A stretch of 53,466 nucleotides of DNA from a virus: IMG/VR virus record IMGVR_UViG_3300025534_000001. The stretch is one strand, 5' to 3'. Position 1 is the first letter of the stretch; each line of letters begins with the position of its first letter. The position numbers and the translations under genes were made by a program. Of this stretch, positions 8,095 to 15,472 are shown piece after piece. Under the pieces are notes generated by a model. That model saw nothing but the letters and a program-made list of their open reading frames with translations. It made no database searches and was not told the origin of the DNA.

Positions 8095-8871
8095 TTATAC
8101 TCCTCTCTTGTTGCCCCATACCAGCGTGTGTAATTGCGGCAGGGGACGAACATTGTTCATGATCGGGTCATTGATGACTTTGTCAAACAGCCAGTTCAAA
8201 CTGTTCAGCAAAGCATTGCGGTGTTCAACTTCCGTATAATCCGGGTCATCAGGCGATTTCAGGTTGGCGTTGCCGACAGACAAGTACATATTCACGTGCG
8301 GATATTTGATCCGCACCATGCGGGCAAAGTTCCAGTCCTCTTCGTTGCCTTCGAACACCACGACTTTCAGAGTTGCATAGCACTCGCCAGTAGTGGCGGT
8401 CAGTCGGTTGATGATTTGATCCAGAATGTGCCAATCCGTATTCATGCCGGAGCTTGGAGGCTTCGGACTGATGGTGAGGTCATCAACCAGACGGAACCAA
8501 TCTTGCCAGCGAGAACCTTGTGTTTCCAGACCGACCTTGACATCGTATTGGTGCAGCTTGTGAATGAGATCGAACATTGGCTGGCCGATTAGCGCCGGAT
8601 TGCCACCAGAGATGGTGACATGATCGAAGTTGCGACCGCGCAGACCATTGTGATCTCTTCCAAGGTCGAACAGCCTTTCGATGATTTCGGGGACGGACAT
8701 CATTTTGATTTGGTCTTTGGCACTTCCATCCCACGTAAAGGACGAATCACACCAACTGCACCGGTAGTCGCAACCTGCCGTGCGGATGAACATGGTTTTG
8801 CGACCGATGACAGAACCTTCGCCCTGAATAGTGGGGCCGAAGATTTCAAGTACGGGAATCAGGTTGGACAT
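8095..8871 (-). CDS. queE: 7-carboxy-7-deazaguanine synthase (radical SAM)
   Basis: [10 protein letters not shown]...[19 protein letters not shown] at 8871 with RBS ggag. The ORF-track extension to 9018 was rejected. Confidence 0.85.
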   Translation of the reverse strand: MSNLIPVLEIFGPTIQGEGSVIGRKTMFIRTAGCDYRCSWCDSSFTWDGSAKDQIKMMSVPEIIERLFDLGRDHNGLRGRNFDHVTISGGNPALIGQPMFDLIHKLHQYDVKVGLETQGSRWQDWFRLVDDLTISPKPPSSGMNTDWHILDQIINRLTATTGECYATLKVVVFEGNEEDWNFARMVRIKYPHVNMYLSVGNANLKSPDDPDYTEVEHRNALLNSLNWLFDKVINDPIMNNVRPLPQLHTLVWGNKRGV

Positions 8872-9133
8872 TCTCGAGCTCTCCTTCGTCATCATCATCG
8901 AACATAATGGCACTGGATGTCGTGGTTTGCTGAATGTTCCGTACCACTTCTTCGAGTTCGTGAATCCGTTTGTAAGCCTGGTCCAGGTCTTGCAGCAGTT
9001 TGAGCATAGTTTGTGCACTTTTGCCCAAGAAAGGATGACTCAACATTATCTCCGTTTCTTCGAGGAGGAGCTGAAGATCGAAATCGTCGAAATTCCTATG
9101 ATAAGGATGTCGGTTAATCAGGCTATTAGCCAT
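8846..9133 (-). CDS. Hypothetical protein with an acidic C-terminus, embedded between queD and queE
   Basis: 95-aa ORF with RBS gagggg. Overlaps the queE start by 26 nt. Confidence 0.5.
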   Translation of the reverse strand: MANSLINRHPYHRNFDDFDLQLLLEETEIMLSHPFLGKSAQTMLKLLQDLDQAYKRIHELEEVVRNIQQTTTSSAIMFDDDDEGELENVQPDSRT

Positions 9134-9147
9134 TGAACATCAACCCC

Positions 9148-9714
9148 TCAAACATGCGGCCGAAGATCATCGTCGTCGAGATCGCAAGCGCCGGAAGATG
9201 CGTAGTCCGGTCCGTTTTCGAGATCGATGTCTTCTGCGTACACTTCTGCCCAACCGGTGGGCGTTTCCCACATACGCACAGCGTACATCGGAAGGCCAGC
9301 TTTCATGAGACGCCAGCAGATGTAGCGCGCCATGTTCTCGACGGTTGTGCGGAATCCGAGTACGACGTGTTTGGCACCGCTTTCTTTGATTACTTGCAGT
9401 GCTGGCTCGTCTCCGCGCGCAATGAATGCATGATCCAGCTTGTCCACGATCAGCTCGTTCACCGTTTTCTTCAGATCGTAGAAATCGATGACGAAGCCTT
9501 CGTTCGATTTGGCGCGGTAATACGAGTCGACATGCACGCCCTCACCTTGCGGTTCAGGGGTTTGCGGAGTAAAATGCCGCGGCACGCCTTTCAACAGAAC
9601 TTCCAGCTTGTACGTGTGTCCATGCAAATTGGCACACTTTCCGAAGTGACCGGTCAGCTGATGCGCCGCATCGAAGCTGAAGATTTTGCCTACCACAACT
9701 TCATTTTTGGCCAT
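9148..9714 (-). CDS. queD: 6-carboxy-5,6,7,8-tetrahydropterin synthase
   Basis: FSFDAAHQL...CANLHGHTYKLEV pattern. Confidence 0.85.
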   Translation of the reverse strand: MAKNEVVVGKIFSFDAAHQLTGHFGKCANLHGHTYKLEVLLKGVPRHFTPQTPEPQGEGVHVDSYYRAKSNEGFVIDFYDLKKTVNELIVDKLDHAFIARGDEPALQVIKESGAKHVVLGFRTTVENMARYICWRLMKAGLPMYAVRMWETPTGWAEVYAEDIDLENGPDYASSGACDLDDDDLRPHV

Positions 9715-9726
9715 TGTATTCCCTCC

Positions 9727-9879
9727 TTACAATTCGCAGCGTCCCGAAGGACAATCGTTACCGAAAGCGGACGCTTCTGTTGTGATCCAGATTACATCAC
9801 TACCACATTCGGCATGAGTTTCTTCGAAAGTTACCTCTTTAGGAGGTACCTCGCATTTGCATTCAGCACACCACCACAT
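9727..9879 (-). CDS. 50-aa Cys-rich (6 Cys) putative zinc-binding protein, below the ORF-track cutoff
   Basis: Hand translation: MWWCAECKCEVPPKEVTFEETHAECGSDVIWITTEASAFGNDCPSGRCEL. TAATATG junction with the upstream gene. It fills an otherwise empty 165-nt gap. Confidence 0.5.
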   Translation of the reverse strand: MWWCAECKCEVPPKEVTFEETHAECGSDVIWITTEASAFGNDCPSGRCEL

Positions 9880-9880
9880 A

Positions 9881-10132
9881 TTACATCTTCCTTCGCTCTT
9901 TGTCCAGCTTGGCTCTGATTTCTTCTGCTTTAGCCGCGGCGAATTCGCCGAAGTGCATCAGATAAGCTTCTCTGAAGCGAGCCAAGCGCTGTTCACCGAA
10001 ACCGAACTCTTCGCGCAGAGCTTTTTCTGCTGACTGCAGGCTTACGGCCTCGAGGAAGTCGTAAGCTTTGTGGACTTCCTCGATGACCCTATTTACGCCG
10101 AAACGTTTGTCTTTGCGTTGCTTAGACATCAT
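9881..10132 (-). CDS. Hypothetical 83-aa basic protein
   Basis: ORF within the operon, overlapping the MazG-like stop by 11 nt. Confidence 0.55.
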   Translation of the reverse strand: MMSKQRKDKRFGVNRVIEEVHKAYDFLEAVSLQSAEKALREEFGFGEQRLARFREAYLMHFGEFAAAKAEEIRAKLDKERRKM

Positions 10133-10457
10133 CAGCCGTCCTATTTTGACTTCTCCATTCGGAAAAGCCTTCCGGGAAGCGTGCAGCCAGTTTGCTGATA
10201 TTCGCCTGCGCGATTTCGTTGAGGTCGAGGCCGAGCAGATCGGCGATTTCTGCTACGTACCAGAGAACGTCGCCGAGCTCTTTCTTGACCTTGTCGACGT
10301 CCAGTTGGTGTCCGTGACCGGAGAATTTTTTGATGTGCTCACTGACCTCGCCACTTTCGCCGCAGAGGCCGAGAGCAGCAACCATCAGTCGCTTTTCGAA
10401 AGGAAGAGAGGTGTTAGCAGTACGTTGTGCAAGGTCTTGGTACTCCGACAGTTGCAA
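10122..10457 (-). CDS. MazG-like NTP pyrophosphohydrolase (copy 1)
   Basis: QLSEYQDLAQRTA...LGLCGESGEV...ELGDVLWYVAEIA. The likely start is the TTG at 10457, 6 nt after GGGGGTG. The ORF track begins at 10472. Confidence 0.75.
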   Translation of the reverse strand: MQLSEYQDLAQRTANTSLPFEKRLMVAALGLCGESGEVSEHIKKFSGHGHQLDVDKVKKELGDVLWYVAEIADLLGLDLNEIAQANISKLAARFPEGFSEWRSQNRTADDV

Positions 10458-10474
10458 GGTTAACACCCCCAATA

Positions 10475-11167
10475 TTACTTGGTAGGGAACGGAACGCAGT
10501 TACCCCAATCAATGTCGATCGCGTACGGAACCGGATCGATGAAGCCAGCCTTCTTGAACGCTTCGATCCGAAGCTGACAGGTCGGACAGGTACCGCAAGC
10601 CGGCTTCGCACCTCTGTAGCAAGAATGAGTGAGGTGCAGCGGAGCTCGCAGTTTGGCAGCGTGTTTCACGATATCCGATTTGCTGTCCAGGATGAACGGA
10701 GCTTCGACCTGGATTCCGTTGCGCGTGCCGAGCGACAAAGCTTTCGAGATGGCCTCGTAATATTCCGGACGGCAATCCGGGTAGCCAGCATGATCTTCCG
10801 CGTGAGCGCCGTAGTACACGAATTGCGCCCCGATGCTGTCTGCGTAACCAGCGGCGATCGACAGCAGCACGCTGTTACGTGCCGGTACGTAGGTTGCGCC
10901 GACCGTGTTCTTGTCTTGGTTGTCATCGATGTCCGGGCCATTCTTCAGAAGCGAACTGTTTTGGAAGCAGCCCTCGATGTTCCTTTCGAGCAAGCTGTTC
11001 AACTTCAGGTAAACCGCAACAGCCCTAGCGGATTCGATCTCAACCGCATGACGTTGACCGTAGTACACGTTCAGCGCATGTACTTCATCGAACTTCGACC
11101 TGGCCAGAGCCGCCAAGGTGGTCGAGTCCATGCCGCCGGACAACAACACAACTGCCTTAGTCTTCAT
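10475..11167 (-). CDS. queC: 7-cyano-7-deazaguanine (preQ0) synthase
   Basis: VVLLSGGMDSTT PP-loop and a C-terminal CYRG..CGTCPTCQLR zinc site. Confidence 0.9.
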   Translation of the reverse strand: MKTKAVVLLSGGMDSTTLAALARSKFDEVHALNVYYGQRHAVEIESARAVAVYLKLNSLLERNIEGCFQNSSLLKNGPDIDDNQDKNTVGATYVPARNSVLLSIAAGYADSIGAQFVYYGAHAEDHAGYPDCRPEYYEAISKALSLGTRNGIQVEAPFILDSKSDIVKHAAKLRAPLHLTHSCYRGAKPACGTCPTCQLRIEAFKKAGFIDPVPYAIDIDWGNCVPFPTK

Positions 11168-14084
11168 TTGGTTTCCTCCTCATAATTTTTATCAGGTGAA
11201 GGCCATTAGGCGTAAGCGCCCACTGACCGTTCCCTTTCACGTAGATGATGTTGTTCTGCGCCAAGTAATGAACATGGTCGCGCAGGATTTCCGGCTCGTA
11301 GCCAGTCAGCTGTTGCAGCTGTGTGAATGAGAACACCTTCATCAATTTGAAGCCATCGAGCAGTTCCGGATAAGATTGCAGGTATACCTTAACCTTCTCG
11401 AAAGCTTCGGAGCTGAGGAAGCGCTCTTCTCGAACCTTCTCGGAATACTGCTTGTAACCCATAGAAGGTTTGTCGTACGCTTCTTGTTGTACTTCGGCTA
11501 CGAAATGAACGTGCTCCGGCTTAACGATGACTTTTTCGCAGGTCTCGTCCGTGCTGAACACTCGAGCTGCTGCGGCAACTGCCATCTTAGCCAACTTGAT
11601 GCGGTGATTCGCACCTTCAACCAGAGGGATCTTCGAAGTGTATTTCTTGCTGAACTCTGTAGCGTATTTCAGGATCAGTTCCTCAGCTTCCTTCTCGAAG
11701 ATCACCTGATTGTTCTTATGGATGTTACCCAGGTTACGCGACCAAGCCCACAGTACCAAAGTATTGCAGAGCTCGGAAGTATAGCGGTGTGGTACCGGAT
11801 CGCGTTCACTGATGTCCTTGTTTATTTCGCTTTCAGGCACCTCACCGGACGCTGCTGTGACGGCGTGATCAAAACGGGCGATGTCTTCGTTGGCACCGAT
11901 CAGTTCTTGAATTCCTTCAACACCGTACTCCATATCATCCAACGACTTACCTTTGCGAAGGTTAGAGATCCAGATCAGCCGCGTACGCGCATTTGTCTTT
12001 TCCTGCCTGATCTTGGTTAGCTCAGCTACACCCAGTGAACGAATACCGGACAGTTGACCAATCTGCTCGTGAGTCAAGCCAGAGACCTCGTCGATAATAA
12101 ACAAACCGCGATCGTTCAACGGAATTTTACCCCAGGTAAGCATCCAGTTGTTGCCGCCTGCACCTTGCTGTAGACCTCCGAGCAAACCGGCAAATGTTGT
12201 GCCTTCACCTGCGCCGTATTCGCCGAGCTGGTAGTGGTAAGCCATCCACTGTGCTGTCTCGGATTTGCCTGTACGAGTATCGCCCAGGACCAAAACTTCT
12301 AACCAGCCTTTATGTTCGACTTTGTGCTGGAAGATGAAGCGCAAGACGGAATGGTAGCACAAGTCATAGGCAATCATCAGGTCTCGACGTCCGAAGATAC
12401 GAGAAACATTGTATTCCAGGTCGGCATGAATCTCGTTGAATTTTTCTCGGATGGTCTGTCCCGGTGCAACTTGGAATATCTTTAAGCGCTCTTTCATCTC
12501 ATCCGTTAGCCTGAATGTTTCGATGCTAGACTGGATCGGATCAGCCTCGAGCACCAAGAAAGTCGCGCCTTGTTGCCAAGGATCAGTTGTCCGAATCGCC
12601 TTCATCTCGTATGTGCGGTTAGTGTCGATTCGCGTTGTTTTGGTCGGGTAAATATGAAAAGCCGACTGATGGAAGTGCGAATCAGACTGTACCGCGCCCG
12701 GGGCTTTAGCCGTTTGCACCTGCGGCGATATGAGAAGCTCTTCGATGTTTTGCCATTCGTCGACGCTCAGGTCGAAGAGGTCGCAGTTGCGCGGGATTTT
12801 CCCGAGCTGCTTGATGGCATGGTTCTTCTGGTTGTTGTGTGCTTTGATGAACAACAATGTTTCGTTTGAAGTCGGCTTAAGCTCAATGGTCATTTTGCCG
12901 TTCATAGCGAAGATGCCGCATGCCTGGCATTTTTGTGCCTCGGGATTCATCTTCTTACAGGTGAACTTCAGTTTGCGTTCAATTGTAAACGGCTGTTTGC
13001 CTTTACCGACGACCAAAGCGTTGAATTTTACAGGTTTGTTCTGGTATCCCGGGTCAAGAGACTGTGCCAAAGATATGGGTTGGAAAAGTTCGTCTGGCAC
13101 ATCTTCTCCAGTGCTGATGGTTTCATCCTTGGGAACATAAAGCGAAGCCTCTCGCAGAACCATGTCTGCAAAATCTTCTCGAGTGTTTCCCTGGAGGATG
13201 AAGTCAGTGAAGTCAGCGTTCTTGGGTTCAGGAATTGGAAGTCGAGGACACATCCAAATCTCTTTGGCGATTCCGTGAAGTCGCCGAGCGACACGTTCCA
13301 TCCCTTCGCGTCCCTGTGGATCATTATCATAGCACAAATAGACGACCTTTCCCCAAAAGTAATTTTCAGCACCTTTCGGAAAAACGCTGGCTCCGCCTGT
13401 AGAAGAAATTGCCCTAATTCCGAGTTGAAGAGCAAGTAGGGCGTCATGCTCTCCTTCAAAGATGACAATGCGGTCGGATTTGAAGAGCTGCCGGATGGGG
13501 AATAAACGTGCGTTACCATAACCGCCTTCACCTTTCTTTCGGGAGTGGTTGATCATCTTTTGCTTGGAGTCCGTCAAAGAATACTTACGGATGTTAACCC
13601 AATGCCCATAAGGCCCCATGATCGGGATGGTGTAGCGCTTAAGTTTGTCATCCCACCCGATAAAGTACTTCTTAATAGTATCGATCGTGAAGCCGCGCTT
13701 TTTCATGTAAGCCTGTAGGGCTTCTTCGTTGTTGAGCAGAGCCTCGTGAAGCTCCATGACGTACTCGTGCTTGATCGGCAGAATCGGTTCTTTACCTGCC
13801 AGGATTTCATCAACGACCATCTTTGCGACCGGGTACGGCACATCGTACAGCGTTTCGATGAAGCGGATAGCATCCCCGCCACCTTCCGACATCGTACCGT
13901 CTTCGCGTTCTTTGGCGCCGATCGAGCTGTCGCCGAAGTCCTTCCAAAAGCCGGTATTCAAGTTGATGGACATCGAGGGCGTCTTTTCGTCGCGGAAGAT
14001 GGAGTTGACCATCACTTCTCCGGAAATCCCTGGTGAGTCAAGACCTTTGAAAAAGTGCATCCAGAAGTGCTTATATGTGGCCAA
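11157..14084 (-). CDS. Primase-helicase fusion: Toprim (DnaG-like) N-terminal half plus an MCM/AAA+-like C-terminal half
   Basis: Toprim: IFEGEHDALLA...CYDNDPQGREG. AAA+: VLVLGDTRTGKSE and LFIIDEVSGL. The likely start is the TTG at 14084, 7 nt after GGAGG. Confidence 0.75.
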   Translation of the reverse strand: MATYKHFWMHFFKGLDSPGISGEVMVNSIFRDEKTPSMSINLNTGFWKDFGDSSIGAKEREDGTMSEGGGDAIRFIETLYDVPYPVAKMVVDEILAGKEPILPIKHEYVMELHEALLNNEEALQAYMKKRGFTIDTIKKYFIGWDDKLKRYTIPIMGPYGHWVNIRKYSLTDSKQKMINHSRKKGEGGYGNARLFPIRQLFKSDRIVIFEGEHDALLALQLGIRAISSTGGASVFPKGAENYFWGKVVYLCYDNDPQGREGMERVARRLHGIAKEIWMCPRLPIPEPKNADFTDFILQGNTREDFADMVLREASLYVPKDETISTGEDVPDELFQPISLAQSLDPGYQNKPVKFNALVVGKGKQPFTIERKLKFTCKKMNPEAQKCQACGIFAMNGKMTIELKPTSNETLLFIKAHNNQKNHAIKQLGKIPRNCDLFDLSVDEWQNIEELLISPQVQTAKAPGAVQSDSHFHQSAFHIYPTKTTRIDTNRTYEMKAIRTTDPWQQGATFLVLEADPIQSSIETFRLTDEMKERLKIFQVAPGQTIREKFNEIHADLEYNVSRIFGRRDLMIAYDLCYHSVLRFIFQHKVEHKGWLEVLVLGDTRTGKSETAQWMAYHYQLGEYGAGEGTTFAGLLGGLQQGAGGNNWMLTWGKIPLNDRGLFIIDEVSGLTHEQIGQLSGIRSLGVAELTKIRQEKTNARTRLIWISNLRKGKSLDDMEYGVEGIQELIGANEDIARFDHAVTAASGEVPESEINKDISERDPVPHRYTSELCNTLVLWAWSRNLGNIHKNNQVIFEKEAEELILKYATEFSKKYTSKIPLVEGANHRIKLAKMAVAAAARVFSTDETCEKVIVKPEHVHFVAEVQQEAYDKPSMGYKQYSEKVREERFLSSEAFEKVKVYLQSYPELLDGFKLMKVFSFTQLQQLTGYEPEILRDHVHYLAQNNIIYVKGNGQWALTPNGLHLIKIMRRKPNED

Positions 14085-14098
14085 CTTCGAACCTCCTA

Positions 14099-14617
14099 TC
14101 ACACGATTGTCGGGGGCCTATCAGGGAAGTACTCGCCAGATGCAGTACATTCATTGCACACCCATCTGCCTTTGCTAGGGTTCGTACTGCATTGTACGTT
14201 GGTCTTCACCACATTGCCGTTTTCATACTCGAATCGCTGAATACCACAGTTTGGACAAGAATCAGGTGCCCCGTAATTGATGTTCTCCTCCGATGTATGA
14301 ACGCGGTTGCCCCTCGGATTCACGTGCTCCAAAAAATCATCTGGTTCATCAACGATTGTCGGCGTTTGACGAATAGGCGAAGGTGGTGTAGGATCGATCA
14401 TGATTTGAGGAGGACTAATCACAGTTTGTGAAGGAGCCGCCTCATCAGGAAAGTGCTTTGCGTACACCTGCGGGAATTTCTGTCGTGCGAGTTCTTTGGC
14501 GCATTGGCGCAGGTATCCGCTTCTGGACGTGGACATGATGCGGGCCATCTCGTCCAGGAAATCGATGAAGCTGGGTTCTGCGGAGAACGGGATCGGCTTG
14601 GCCCTTACATCGGACAT
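14099..14617 (-). CDS. Ribbon-helix-helix (CopG-like) N-terminus plus a C-terminal zinc-ribbon protein
   Basis: KPIPFSAEPSFIDFLDEMARIMSTSRSGYLRQCAKE, then CPNC...CNEC. ATG at 14617 with RBS aaggag. Confidence 0.6.
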   Translation of the reverse strand: MSDVRAKPIPFSAEPSFIDFLDEMARIMSTSRSGYLRQCAKELARQKFPQVYAKHFPDEAAPSQTVISPPQIMIDPTPPSPIRQTPTIVDEPDDFLEHVNPRGNRVHTSEENINYGAPDSCPNCGIQRFEYENGNVVKTNVQCSTNPSKGRWVCNECTASGEYFPDRPPTIV

Positions 14618-14812
14618 GTCGCATCTCCTTTCTATAAGTATTGGGTCCGGCACGTCTCTCTCTCCAACATATACTCTTCTCCTTATTATATTATATTCTC
14701 ATTAGTATTATAAAAGAATTATATAATAAGGATATAATTATTATCTGTTGAAGAGATTGGACCGTACCTGCACTGGGTACAGGCGGGTCTTGACGTTCTA
14801 CCCTCTACCTAT

Positions 14813-14841
14813 ATTATAACACAAAGAATTATATAAGACAA
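14813..14841 (-). promoter_or_regulatory. SigA-type promoter (TTGTCT-17-TGTGTTATAAT) inside AT-rich island 2
   Basis: Minus strand reads ttgtcttatataattctttgtgtTATAAT. Confidence 0.55.
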
Positions 14842-14915
14842 CAACAATTTTGATATAATTTCTAATCAGATTTAAGTATATAGATTCGATTTGAAAAAGC
14901 GAGGGAGAGAGAAAA

Positions 14916-14942
14916 CAGGGACCTGAAGAGGTCAGGTCCCTG
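14916..14942 (-). terminator. Intrinsic terminator after the DUF669 gene
   Basis: 11-bp stem cagggacctga/tcaggtccctg, followed by ttttctctctcc on the minus strand. Confidence 0.8.
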
Positions 14943-14953
14943 TCGCCAGATGC

Positions 14954-15406
14954 TTATACGTACGGAAGGTCCGCACCGGGTTTGCTGCTGTTCGTGTCCG
15001 CGTTCGGAACACCGCGGGACTTCTGGACCTGCTTGACATCGTTCTGGATCTGCCCCTCGTATTCGCGCTGGCGAACCACAACGCGACACGGCAGTCCGAT
15101 GAGGTCTTCCGTATCGATTTGGACTTCACCGTCCAGCTGCTCGGCAGAGATGCCGAGTGCGATGAGGAATTGCTTGACAGCCCACATGGAGTTGGGCACC
15201 AGCGTGAAGTTGCGGAAGACGCGCCGATTGTCGTACGGGCCGCCGTTGATCGCGAATTGCACAGCCCACATCGGAGCGCCGGCATTCTCGCCGCTCTTCA
15301 CTTCGCGGAGTTCGATGTCGTGCACGAACGCCTCGTACACACCATTCGGGATGGGGTCGAAGTCGCGATTTTCCACACCCGAGAAATTGAGAGTTACTCC
15401 TGCCAT
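14954..15406 (-). CDS. DUF669-type phage ssDNA-binding-like protein
   Basis: FDPIPNGVYEAFV...W.V.F.I pattern and its position next to an AAA_24 ATPase. ATG at 15406 with RBS ggaggt. Confidence 0.6.
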   Translation of the reverse strand: MAGVTLNFSGVENRDFDPIPNGVYEAFVHDIELREVKSGENAGAPMWAVQFAINGGPYDNRRVFRNFTLVPNSMWAVKQFLIALGISAEQLDGEVQIDTEDLIGLPCRVVVRQREYEGQIQNDVKQVQKSRGVPNADTNSSKPGADLPYV

Positions 15407-15442
15407 ACTTGTGTACCTCCTGTGTAATATGGTTAGATTTAT

Positions 15443-15472
15443 ATTATAACGCTTTGACTTCGGACAAATCAA
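15443..15472 (-). promoter_or_regulatory. SigA-type promoter (TTGATT-18-TATAAT)
   Basis: Minus strand reads ttgatttgtccgaagtcaaagcgtTATAAT. Confidence 0.5.

Noticed and set aside
8872-9018. N-terminal extensions suggested by the ORF track for queE (to 9018), folE (to 8153), the metallophosphoesterase (to 42488), DUF669 (to 15472), 41408 (to 41902), DUF3850 (to 2290) and DUF3846 (to 53466)
   Set aside because: The extensions overlap upstream genes or promoters and lack an SD. Internal ATG, GTG or TTG codons 6-10 nt after GGAGG coincide with the start of the conserved domain.
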